Assembly: GCA_965279375.1 (NCBI GenBank)
Contig: OZ257156.1
Coordinates: forward strand, 1,632,001 to 1,696,000
Direction: 5' to 3'
DNA from: Gemmatimonas sp.
GTDB lineage: Bacteria; Gemmatimonadota; Gemmatimonadetes; Gemmatimonadales; Gemmatimonadaceae
DNA length: 64,000 nucleotides
The position numbers and the translations under genes are program-made. Numbering within the stretch: position 1 is the first letter of the stretch; every line of letters begins with the position of its first letter. The notes under the pieces are model-generated. The model made no database searches, was not told where the DNA came from, and was given only the letters and a program-made list of their open reading frames with translations. Of the stretch, positions 1-8,269 are shown in pieces.

Positions 1-396
1 AAGGATCAGCTCGGCGGAGCGCGCTGCAATCGTCGCATCCAAAAGCCCAAGCTGGTCCGCGGACAAGGCGTCGTCGCGGAAGCACGACGTGGTCCCGTTG
101 TGGCACGCTGGACCCGCCGGGCGCACCCGCGCCAACACCGCGTCGGCATCGCAGTCGGCAGTCAGCGACACCACATGCTGCACGTTGCCGCTGGTCGCGC
201 CCTTGTGCCACAGCCCTCGCGTGCGCGACGTGTAGTGCATTTCACCGGTCGCCATCGTGCGATCGAGCGCGTCGCGGTTGGCGTGCGCCACCATCAACAC
301 GGCGCCGGTCATCGCATCCTGCGCGACCACAGTGACGAGCCCGCCACCCTTGGCAAAGTCGAGTTCGTCGAGGTTGAGCATCACGTCCGCAGTCAT
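1..396 (-). CDS. hisI: Phosphoribosyl-AMP cyclohydrolase, probably bifunctional HisIE (truncated by window edge)
   Basis: Manual translation [28 protein letters not shown]...[15 protein letters not shown]...DCDADAVL...[12 protein letters not shown] shows the HisI motifs; ATG overlaps the hisN stop (ATGA); not in the ORF track because it runs off the edge. Confidence 0.93.
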   Translation of the reverse strand, partial: MTADVMLNLDELDFAKGGGLVTVVAQDAMTGAVLMVAHANRDALDRTMATGEMHYTSRTRGLWHKGATSGNVQHVVSLTADCDADAVLARVRPAGPACHNGTTSCFRDDALSADQLGLLDATIAARSAELIL

Positions 397-1241
397 TCCG
401 CTGCTCCCGTGGGCGACGCCAGCATCGGCGCATCGTCGCGCAACACGCTGCGTACCGCCACATCGAGCGCAGCATTCGTTGCGATCACGCTGCCGCCGAA
501 CGCGGTGTGCGCCCCCGTCCACGACGTGAACACGCCGCCCGCCTCGGTGATGATCGGTGCAATCGCCGCGGCGTCCCACGGATTGACGATGTCGTCCACC
601 ATGATCTCCGCGCGACCCGTCGCGAGCAGCAGATAGCCGTAGCAATCGCCCCACGTGCGCGCGACACCAACACGCGCCGTCAGCGACCGCCACTGCTCGC
701 CACGCCACGGACGCTCGAGAAAACGCTCGTCGGTGATGAGCGCCGTCGCCTGCGCCAAATCGCTCACGCTCGATACCTGCGCCCGCGAGCCATTCCACCA
801 ACACCCTTCGCCCGGCGCCGCCACCACCAGCTCGTTCACCGCAGGAAAGCAGGCACCACCGGACAACACGGTATCGCCCTCGCAGCACGCGATCAGTGTG
901 CCCCACAACGGCACACCACGAACGAATGCCTTGGTGCCATCGATGGGATCGAGAATCCACTGTCGACGCGCGTGTGGTCTCACGGCCGCAAACTCTTCGC
1001 CCTGAATGCCGTCTTCGGGAAAGCGTGCCGCGATCCACGCACGCGCCGCCAACTCGGCTTCGCGATCGGCAATCGTCACCGGCGAGCCATCGCCCTTGGT
1101 CTCCACATTCACCGCACCGCGATACCACCGCATCGCCACCGCCGCCGCCAGCTCGGCGACTTCCGCCGTCGCTTCGAGCAGCACACTGGGCGATGCGCCA
1201 ACACGAGATCCAGCACGAGACCCGCTACGCACACTGCTCAT
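393..1241 (-). CDS. hisN: Histidinol-phosphatase, inositol monophosphatase family
   Basis: [36 protein letters not shown] and WD motifs; inside the his operon. Confidence 0.9.
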   Translation of the reverse strand: MSSVRSGSRAGSRVGASPSVLLEATAEVAELAAAVAMRWYRGAVNVETKGDGSPVTIADREAELAARAWIAARFPEDGIQGEEFAAVRPHARRQWILDPIDGTKAFVRGVPLWGTLIACCEGDTVLSGGACFPAVNELVVAAPGEGCWWNGSRAQVSSVSDLAQATALITDERFLERPWRGEQWRSLTARVGVARTWGDCYGYLLLATGRAEIMVDDIVNPWDAAAIAPIITEAGGVFTSWTGAHTAFGGSVIATNAALDVAVRSVLRDDAPMLASPTGAAE

Positions 1242-2014
1242 GCCGCCACCTCGAGAATCGAGCGGACGGGCAGCCCCGCGCGCTGCATCGTGTCCTTGAG
1301 CGCACGCACGGTGGTGATGCCGTCGTGCAGAATCCCCGCCACCAGCACCGCATCGGCCCCACCATCGCGCACCGCATCCACCAGATGTGACGCCTCGCCC
1401 GCACCTCCCGACGCAATCACTGGTACATGCACCGCATCGGACACCGCGCGCGTCAGCGTGAGATCGTAGCCCGTGCGCGCGCCATCACGATCGATGGACG
1501 TGAGCAGAATCTCGCCCGCACCACGCGCCACGCACTCCTGCGCCCACGCGACTGCTTCCAGCGGCGTCTCTTCGCGGCCGCCCTTCACCCACACCTTCCA
1601 CACACCGTCGGCATTCAGCTTCGCATCGATGCTGGCCACCACACACTGCGCACCAAAGCGATCGGCCGCCTCGGTCAGCACCTCGGGACGCGACACCGCT
1701 GCAGAGTTGAGCGAAACCTTGTCGGCGCCAGCGCGCAACGCGCGCGCCACATCGTCCGACGTGCGCACGCCACCACCGATGGTCAGCGGCACGAACAGCC
1801 GCTCCGCGGTGCGACGCGCGACCTCCAACAGCGTCGCACGCTCGTCGGCGCTCGCCGAAATGTCGAGAAAGGTGATCTCGTCGGCGCCTTGCTGTTCGTA
1901 GAACTCGGAGAGCGCAACCGGATCGCCAACATCACGCAGCCCTTCGAACTGCACGCCCTTCACCACACGTGAGCCCTTTACGTCGAGGCACACGATCAAC
2001 CGGCGTGTGAGCAC
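1238..2014 (-). CDS. hisF: Imidazole glycerol phosphate synthase cyclase subunit
   Basis: RRLIVCLDVKG..VVKG, GADEITFLDI, PLTIGGG, GEILLTSIDRDG, VIASGGAG; GTG start at 2014 just after the hisB stop. Confidence 0.96.
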   Translation of the reverse strand: MLTRRLIVCLDVKGSRVVKGVQFEGLRDVGDPVALSEFYEQQGADEITFLDISASADERATLLEVARRTAERLFVPLTIGGGVRTSDDVARALRAGADKVSLNSAAVSRPEVLTEAADRFGAQCVVASIDAKLNADGVWKVWVKGGREETPLEAVAWAQECVARGAGEILLTSIDRDGARTGYDLTLTRAVSDAVHVPVIASGGAGEASHLVDAVRDGGADAVLVAGILHDGITTVRALKDTMQRAGLPVRSILEVAA

Positions 2015-2015
2015 G

Positions 2016-2558
2016 TCACGACTCCCGGATTTCGAGATGTACTGAGCCCTTGGTGCTGAAGACTGCGCCCGTTTCTGCCAACGCTTCGCGCAGCGCGAAA
2101 CCCAATCCTTTGATTGCCGCTTCGACGATGTGGTGCTTGTCCTTGCCGCGCAGCACACGCACATGCAGCGTCGCCTTCGCGTTGTCGGCGAACGACCGCA
2201 GGAAATGATCGTACAACGGCGACGGCAGCGGTCCGCGATAGTACGGACGCCCACCGATATCGATCACCACTTGCACGAGCGCGTCATCCATCGGCACGGT
2301 GCGCTCGCCGTAGCGCGCACAGCCCGCCGGCGCGAACGCCGCCACCGCCTGCCCCAGCACGATCGCCACGTCTTCAATCAGATGATGACGCAGGTCGCCC
2401 GTGGCCTGCACATCCAGATCCACGCCGGCATAGCGCGCGAACGCCACGAGCATGTGATCCAGAAACGCATCGCCCGTTTCCACGCGCGCGGTACCGGTGC
2501 CCGCCGTGATGGCGATGCGAATCTGCGTTTCCTTCGATTCCCGAATGACAACGGTCAT
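2016..2558 (-). CDS. hisB: Imidazoleglycerol-phosphate dehydratase (monofunctional)
   Basis: RESKETQI, FLDHML, GDLRHHLIED, PMDDAL, HHIVEA, STKG; ATG at 2558 overlaps the hisA stop. Confidence 0.95.
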   Translation of the reverse strand: MTVVIRESKETQIRIAITAGTGTARVETGDAFLDHMLVAFARYAGVDLDVQATGDLRHHLIEDVAIVLGQAVAAFAPAGCARYGERTVPMDDALVQVVIDIGGRPYYRGPLPSPLYDHFLRSFADNAKATLHVRVLRGKDKHHIVEAAIKGLGFALREALAETGAVFSTKGSVHLEIRES

Positions 2559-3268
2559 GCGCCAAACTCCTCCGCGAGGCGACGCGCATCGAGCGCGCCT
2601 GTGTACAACGCCATCCCCAGGACCGCACCCGCGAGTCCACGATGTTCCAGCGCCCGCATATCCTCCAGCGACGACACGCCTCCCGATGCATACACGGGCC
2701 ATGCGCTGGCTTCCGCTACGTCTTCCATCAGCGGCAGGTCGGTCCCCTGCATCTTCCCTTCGAGATGCACGGCGGTCACCAGCACACCAGCCAACGGCAA
2801 CGATGACAGCTCTTCCACAAAGTCGATCACGTTGAGCCGAGACGTTTCCGCCCAACCGCGCGTGACCACCAGCCGCTCGCGCACGTCGGCCGCCACGATC
2901 AGTCGCCCCGGAAAGCGATGCGCCATCTCGCTGCGCCAATCGTCGTCTTCGATCGCGCGCGTGCCCACCACCACCCACGTCGCGCCGTCGTCCAGCAACC
3001 GCTCGATCTGCGATTCCTCTCGCACGCCGCCGCCCACCTGCACGGGCACGGCACTGTCGCGCAGAATCTCGCGAATGATCTCGCGATTGCCACCACGCCC
3101 AGTGGCCGCGTCGAGATCCACCACATGCACGCGCTCGAATCCCTGGCGCGCCCAGTCACGGGCGACTGCCACCGGATCTTCCAGACGCACGCGCTCGTCC
3201 GCGTAGTCGCCGCCAACCAACTGCACGCAGTGTCCGCCGCGCAGATCCACCGCCGGAATCGCAATCAT
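2555..3268 (-). CDS. hisA: ProFAR isomerase
   Basis: IPAVDLRGGHCVQL, HVVDLDAA, QVGGGVR, ASGGVSS. Confidence 0.96.
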   Translation of the reverse strand: MIAIPAVDLRGGHCVQLVGGDYADERVRLEDPVAVARDWARQGFERVHVVDLDAATGRGGNREIIREILRDSAVPVQVGGGVREESQIERLLDDGATWVVVGTRAIEDDDWRSEMAHRFPGRLIVAADVRERLVVTRGWAETSRLNVIDFVEELSSLPLAGVLVTAVHLEGKMQGTDLPLMEDVAEASAWPVYASGGVSSLEDMRALEHRGLAGAVLGMALYTGALDARRLAEEFGA

Positions 3269-3978
3269 CCCTGCTCCACGATTGTTGAAGGTGCCGCTGA
3301 GGACGGTGAGATACGCGCTCGACGCTCCGCCGCGCGACGATCACGCACTCGCGTCGCCTCGTCGAGAAACGCGCCTACAAATCGGACACCCGGTGCACTC
3401 GACTTTTCCGGATGGAACTGCGCACCCACCACGGCACCCACGCGCACCGCCGCGGCAAAACGATCCCCTTCGTGCGTGCTCCACGCAACGACCGCCCCTT
3501 CCGCGCCCGTCGCCGGACGACAGACATAGCTGTTGGCATAGTACGCCACATCCAGCGCGGACTCACGCAGCAAGCCGTCCGACGCATCCTCCAGCCGATT
3601 CCACCCGATCTGCGGCACCCGCTCCGCCTGCAGCTTCGTCACTCGACCGGGCACGATGCCAAGCCCATCACCCGGGCCCTCGTCGCTTGCGTCGAAGAGC
3701 AGCTGCATCCCCAGACAGATGCCCAGACACGGCAAGCCGCCCATCAACGCCTCGCGCATTGCGTCTCGACCCGGCGCCAATCGTTCTGCCGCGGGCGTAA
3801 ACGCACCAACCCCCGGCAGCACCAGCGCGTCGGTATCGCGCACCGCCGCCACGGGGTCCGTTTCGACGCGCACCTTTGCGCCACTCAGCTCCAGCGCTTT
3901 AACCAGCGAGTGCAGGTTGCCCGCGCCGTAGTCGAACACGGTCACGCGCAGTACCCCTTCCACGACGTCGTCAATCAT
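3265..3978 (-). CDS. hisH: Imidazole glycerol phosphate synthase glutamine amidotransferase subunit
   Basis: DYGAGNLHS, LPGVGAF, GICLGMQLL, QIGWN, QFHPEKS; ATG at 3978 overlaps the hisC stop. Confidence 0.96.
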   Translation of the reverse strand: MIDDVVEGVLRVTVFDYGAGNLHSLVKALELSGAKVRVETDPVAAVRDTDALVLPGVGAFTPAAERLAPGRDAMREALMGGLPCLGICLGMQLLFDASDEGPGDGLGIVPGRVTKLQAERVPQIGWNRLEDASDGLLRESALDVAYYANSYVCRPATGAEGAVVAWSTHEGDRFAAAVRVGAVVGAQFHPEKSSAPGVRFVGAFLDEATRVRDRRAAERRARISPSSAAPSTIVEQG

Positions 3979-5048
3979 CCGTTCACCTCGGCCATCGCCG
4001 GTCCCAGTGCATCGAGCAGTCGCTGCATGAACGGCCACGGTCCCACCGAGATGCGCAGCGCATCGCCCACATGCGGCAACGCAGGGAACGGACGCACCGC
4101 CACGCCGCGCGCACGCAATGCCGCGCCAACGGCCACGCAATTCGCCACCGGCACGCACACGAAGTTCGCGTGCGACGGCATCGGCGAGAGCCCCATCGCG
4201 CGCAACGCATCGGCCAGTCGCTCGCGCAATGTCACCGCCAGCGCGACGTGTTCCTGCACCCACGTCAGGTCATCGCGAACCGCCGCCAACGCCATTCGTT
4301 CAGCGAGAGCATTCAGCTTGTACGGCCCGCGCGACTTCTCCACTTCCATCACCAGCTTCGGCTGCCCGATCGCATACCCAACGCGCAGCCCCGCCAATCC
4401 GAACGCCTTGGACATCGTGCGAATCACCAACACGCGGTCCGACTTGGCGACGAGATCCACCGCAGACACGCCCGCAAACTCCGCGTACGCTTCGTCGATG
4501 AACACCACGCCAGTCGACTCGGCGATCACGCGTTCCATCGTCTCGCGCGCGATCACTGCACCCGTAGGGTTATTGGGCGTGCACAGGTAGACGATCTTCG
4601 CGTTGGCGGCGAGCAACCCGTCTACATCCGGCTGCTGATCGGCCAGCTCGGTTACTCCCACGTACTCGAGCGCATTCATGCGCGCGAAGATCGGAATCAT
4701 CGCAAACGACGGCTCGGAGCCCGTCACCACATCGCCCGGCTCGCCAAAGGCACGCATCGCCGAATCGAGAATATCGTCCGAGCCACAGCCGGTCACGATC
4801 ATCTCCGGCGACACGCCCAGATACTCCGCCAGCGCTGCCTTGAGCTCCGCCGCGTACAACGTCGGGTAGCGCGTCACCGCCGACGACACCACCTCGCGCA
4901 TCGTGCGCTCGGCGGCGGGCGGAATGCCCCACAGGTTCGTGTTGTCGGTGAGGTCGAGATCGATCGGCGCGCGCTTGGGATCGTAGAGCGGCACGGCATC
5001 GTACGCCGCGCGGGCGATCGCGAGGCGGTCCGTAGTTGTTGTGGTCAT
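3975..5048 (-). CDS. hisC: Histidinol-phosphate aminotransferase
   Basis: GSDD, PNNPTG, DEAYAEF, RTMSKAFGLAGLRVGY (PLP lysine motif). Confidence 0.95.
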   Translation of the reverse strand: MTTTTTDRLAIARAAYDAVPLYDPKRAPIDLDLTDNTNLWGIPPAAERTMREVVSSAVTRYPTLYAAELKAALAEYLGVSPEMIVTGCGSDDILDSAMRAFGEPGDVVTGSEPSFAMIPIFARMNALEYVGVTELADQQPDVDGLLAANAKIVYLCTPNNPTGAVIARETMERVIAESTGVVFIDEAYAEFAGVSAVDLVAKSDRVLVIRTMSKAFGLAGLRVGYAIGQPKLVMEVEKSRGPYKLNALAERMALAAVRDDLTWVQEHVALAVTLRERLADALRAMGLSPMPSHANFVCVPVANCVAVGAALRARGVAVRPFPALPHVGDALRISVGPWPFMQRLLDALGPAMAEVNG

Positions 5049-6379
5049 GTGGTCCTCCACGCGCGTGCGGCGGCCGCATGTCCAGGCAGCCCTTCGGAAT
5101 CGGCAAAGCGACCGACATCATCCGCCAGTCGCGCGGCAGCATCGGGCGACACACGTTGCCATGTGGTCCAGCGCACGAAGTCGAGGGTGGACAATCCCGA
5201 GTAGCAACGCGCCGCGCCCGCCGTCGGCAACACGTGGTTAGCGCCAGTCATGTAGTCGCCAAACGCCACCGCGCTGCTCTCGCCAACGAATACCGTTCCA
5301 GCGCTGCGCAACGCGCTGAGTGTCGCGTCACGTACCTCGTCGCCAACGATCAGCAACAGGTGTTCCGCCGCCCATTCGTTCGCGAAGGCCACCCCTTCAC
5401 GCAGCGATGGCGTCGTCACGATCGCGCCGCGCGCGGCCAACGCCGTGCGCACGATCGATTGCCTCGGCGCAGCATTGACGGCGGCCGTCAGTTCCGCTTC
5501 CAGTGCGGCCACGCGTTCTGCGCTGTGCGCGCCCACCAACACCGCCACCACCGCGGCGTCGGGATCGTGCTCCGCCTGCGCCACCAGCTCGCGCGCGATC
5601 GCGCTGGGCGACGCCGATTCGTCGGCCAGCACCAGCAACTCGCTCGGACCGGCTGGCGCGTCGATGGCCACGTGCGCCACCAGCTGCAGCTTCGCCTCCG
5701 CCACGTAGGCGTTGCCCGGTCCCATGACGCGGTCCACCTGAGGAATCGTCGGCGTTCCCATCGCCAGCGCTGCGATGGCGCCAGCGCCACCGATCGCAAA
5801 CACACGGTCCACATTCGCCAGCGCCGCGGCGGCGAGCACCACGTCGGAGGGCATGCCGTTTGGACCCGGAGGGGAGCAGACGATGATCTTGCCCACGCCC
5901 GCCACACGCGCCGGAATGGCGCCCATCAGCAGAGAGCTGGGGTATGCCGCTCGTCCGCCGGGGGCGTACACACCCACGCGGCCCAGTGGATCGGGGCGAC
6001 GTCCAACCACGATCCCCGGCTCCGGCGAGACCTCCACCGCCTCGGGGAGAAACGCCCGATGCACCGCAGCGATGTTGCGCGCTGCCCGTTCCAGCGCGTC
6101 GCGCAGCGCGGGATCGAGCTGATCGAGCGCCTCGGTCCACCGTTCGCGCGGGACCTCCAGCGCCGTCAATACAACCCCGTCGAACTCGCTGGCCATCTCA
6201 CGCAACGCCAGGTCGCCGTCGCGTCGCACGCGCTCGATGATGGCGGTCGTACGCGCCCGCACCGTCGGGTCGCCACTCAACGTGCGGTCCGTGATCGTGC
6301 GCCGTGTGTCCGTATCGAGCGACGCCAGCGGACCGCTCGCGCGCAGTTCGACCGGGGTGGTCGTCTCGGACACGCTCAT
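5045..6379 (-). CDS. hisD: Histidinol dehydrogenase
   Basis: GVYAPGGRAAYPSS, GPGNAYVAEAK, PAGPSE, AQAEHD, GDYMTGANHVLPT. Confidence 0.97.
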   Translation of the reverse strand: MSVSETTTPVELRASGPLASLDTDTRRTITDRTLSGDPTVRARTTAIIERVRRDGDLALREMASEFDGVVLTALEVPRERWTEALDQLDPALRDALERAARNIAAVHRAFLPEAVEVSPEPGIVVGRRPDPLGRVGVYAPGGRAAYPSSLLMGAIPARVAGVGKIIVCSPPGPNGMPSDVVLAAAALANVDRVFAIGGAGAIAALAMGTPTIPQVDRVMGPGNAYVAEAKLQLVAHVAIDAPAGPSELLVLADESASPSAIARELVAQAEHDPDAAVVAVLVGAHSAERVAALEAELTAAVNAAPRQSIVRTALAARGAIVTTPSLREGVAFANEWAAEHLLLIVGDEVRDATLSALRSAGTVFVGESSAVAFGDYMTGANHVLPTAGAARCYSGLSTLDFVRWTTWQRVSPDAAARLADDVGRFADSEGLPGHAAAARAWRTT

Positions 6380-7254
6380 GGCACCAGTCGCTCGATGCGG
6401 GTGACGAGAATGCCCTCGCCGCCGAGTGCGCGGAGCTGGGAAATCGTGCGGTAGATCGTGTCTGCAGCCACGACGGCGTGCACGGCGACGAAGCGACCGC
6501 CGTCGGCGATGTCGATGACGGTGGGGCCGTTGAGTCCCGGGAGAACGGCGCGCACAGCTTCCATCGCATCTCGCGGGACGTTGGCCATGAGGTACCGCTG
6601 CCCGCGCGCGCGAATGACCGACGCGAGCGCCGTGACCAGATCGTCGAGATGCTGGCGGCTGGCCGGGGCACCGTTGCGGGGGCCGTCGGTGGCGGTGACG
6701 AGGTGTGCGCTGGAGAGCAGCACTGTTTCCACTTCGCGGAGCCCGTTCACCCGAAGCGTGGACCCGGTGGACGTCAGATCGATCACGACGTCGGCGATCC
6801 CCAGGTGTGGCGCGATCTCGGCGGCGCCGGACACCGGCACGATCTCGACCGGGCGCCCGCGTTGGGCAAAGAACGCGCGGGCAATGCGCGGGAAAACCGT
6901 CGCCACCCGGGCGGGCTTGGCGTCACTCCCGATCTGCTCGACCGACGTAATTCCCGCATCGTCCTTGGCCGCGACCACCAGGCGGCAGCGACCGAAGCCC
7001 AGGTCGAGGTGGGACACGAGGGGGCGTTCCGACTCGCAGACCAGGTCCCAGCCGGTCACCCCCACGTCGGCGGCGCCATCGGCGACGAACTCGGGGATGT
7101 CCTGGGCCCGCACGAAGATGGCTTCGAACTCGCCGCCCAGTGACGCGGTCAGGGAGCGCTCGCTCGAGGAGCGCACCTCCAGACCGGCGTCATTGAACAG
7201 CTCACGGGTGTCTTCACTGAGGCGCCCCTTATTGGGGAGGGCAATGCGCAGCAT
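6376..7254 (-). CDS. hisG: ATP phosphoribosyltransferase, long form with C-terminal regulatory domain
   Basis: MLRIALPNKGRL, RAQDIP, DLGFGRCRL, DLTSTGSTLRVNGL, PGLNGPTV C-terminal domain. Confidence 0.96.
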   Translation of the reverse strand: MLRIALPNKGRLSEDTRELFNDAGLEVRSSSERSLTASLGGEFEAIFVRAQDIPEFVADGAADVGVTGWDLVCESERPLVSHLDLGFGRCRLVVAAKDDAGITSVEQIGSDAKPARVATVFPRIARAFFAQRGRPVEIVPVSGAAEIAPHLGIADVVIDLTSTGSTLRVNGLREVETVLLSSAHLVTATDGPRNGAPASRQHLDDLVTALASVIRARGQRYLMANVPRDAMEAVRAVLPGLNGPTVIDIADGGRFVAVHAVVAADTIYRTISQLRALGGEGILVTRIERLVP

Positions 7255-7303
7255 GGGGTGTCCGGGATGTCGCGGGGTATCGGGAGACGGACGGTGCCAA
7301 GAC

Positions 7304-7332
7304 AAAAAAGGCCCGTCCGGAGGGGACGGGCC
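7304..7332 (-). terminator. his attenuator Rho-independent terminator
   Basis: Minus strand GGCCCGTCC-cctcc-GGACGGGCC-TTTTTT between the leader ORF and hisG. Confidence 0.9.
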
Positions 7333-7372
7333 GAAGCAGGCTTAGAACGGTCGGGTCAGCGATCGACGCTGG

Positions 7373-7456
7373 TCACCCACACACGCGCACAGCGCCTCGA
7401 CCCGTCGGGCCGTGACCGTGATGCGCATGATGGTGGCGGAGAGCGTTGGTGATCAT
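7373..7456 (-). CDS. hisL: his operon leader peptide (27 aa)
   Basis: MITNALRHHHAHHGHGPTGRGAVRVCG; six His in eight codons, upstream of a terminator and hisG. Confidence 0.88.
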   Translation of the reverse strand: MITNALRHHHAHHGHGPTGRGAVRVCG

Positions 7457-7465
7457 TGTCGTAGG

Positions 7466-7494
7466 AGCGTAGCCGTCGTGGCCGGTATCGTCAA
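7466..7494 (-). promoter_or_regulatory. Sigma70-type promoter of the his leader
   Basis: TTGACG (7494-7489), 17-bp spacer, TACGCT (7471-7466), 9 nt before the leader ATG. Confidence 0.7.
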
Positions 7495-7530
7495 GCTCGG
7501 CAATGGGGAGCAGTTTGCTTCCCCGTGCGC

Positions 7531-7548
7531 TTGTGAATAACTTCACAA
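7531..7548. promoter_or_regulatory. Rex-like (or CRP-like) operator upstream of the cupredoxin gene
   Basis: TTGTGAA-TAAC-TTCACAA is a perfect match to TTGTGAA-N4-TTCACAA and also to TGTGA-N6-TCACA. Confidence 0.65.
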
Positions 7549-7627
7549 TGCTTGCAGGGCCCTGCGAGCAGCAGGGCAAGTTCCTGTTGATGACACAAAT
7601 TCGAACAGGCTATGGAGGCCTCTCGAC

Positions 7628-8128
7628 ATGAAGTTCTTCGGTAAGGCGGTTCTGGCGGGTGCGGCGCTCGTGCTCAGCGCGTGCGGCGGCGAAAAGGCGG
7701 CTCCGGCTGCGGATACGGCGGCTCCGGCGATGGCGGCTCCGGCTGAGGCCCCTGCGGCCGCTCCGGCGACGGGCGCGATGGCCCCGATCACGGGCACGAC
7801 GCATGAAGTGAAGATGATCGGCGACGGCACGGGCTATAAGTTCGAGCCGGCTGAACTGACCATCAAGGCGGGCGACGGCATCAAGTTCGTGTTCGTCTCG
7901 GGTGGCCCGCACAACGTGGCGTTCGACGCCGCGTCGCTGTCCCCGGAAGCGAAGACGGCCCTCACGGCCAACATGCCGGAGCAGGCGGGCGAGCTGTCGG
8001 GCAAGATGCTCCTCAACGCTGGTGAGAGCTACACGGTCTCGTTCGGCAACGTCCCGGCCGGTTCGTATGACTTCCATTGCACGCCGCACCTCGCGATGGG
8101 CATGAAGGGCAAGGTCACGGTCCAGTAA
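7628..8128 (+). CDS. Plastocyanin/azurin-family blue copper lipoprotein
   Basis: Lipobox LSAC, Ala/Pro linker, GPHNV and CTPHLAMGM type-1 copper ligands; GGAGG RBS. Confidence 0.92.
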   Translation: MKFFGKAVLAGAALVLSACGGEKAAPAADTAAPAMAAPAEAPAAAPATGAMAPITGTTHEVKMIGDGTGYKFEPAELTIKAGDGIKFVFVSGGPHNVAFDAASLSPEAKTALTANMPEQAGELSGKMLLNAGESYTVSFGNVPAGSYDFHCTPHLAMGMKGKVTVQ

Positions 8129-8149
8129 TCGGACCGCTGTGCTGCAGGT

Positions 8150-8182
8150 CGCGGGGGCTGGCGCTTAGCGCCGGCCCCCGCG
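8150..8182 (+). terminator. GC-rich hairpin terminator after the cupredoxin gene
   Basis: CGCGGGGGCTGGCGC-tta-GCGCCGGCCCCCGCG; weak U tail. Confidence 0.6.
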
Positions 8183-8269
8183 CTCGTTTCATTGCAATAC
8201 GTCGCAAGACTTCATTCATGGCGAATCCGTCGCTTCTCCACCGCACCACGCGACTCTTCCGGCTCCTCG

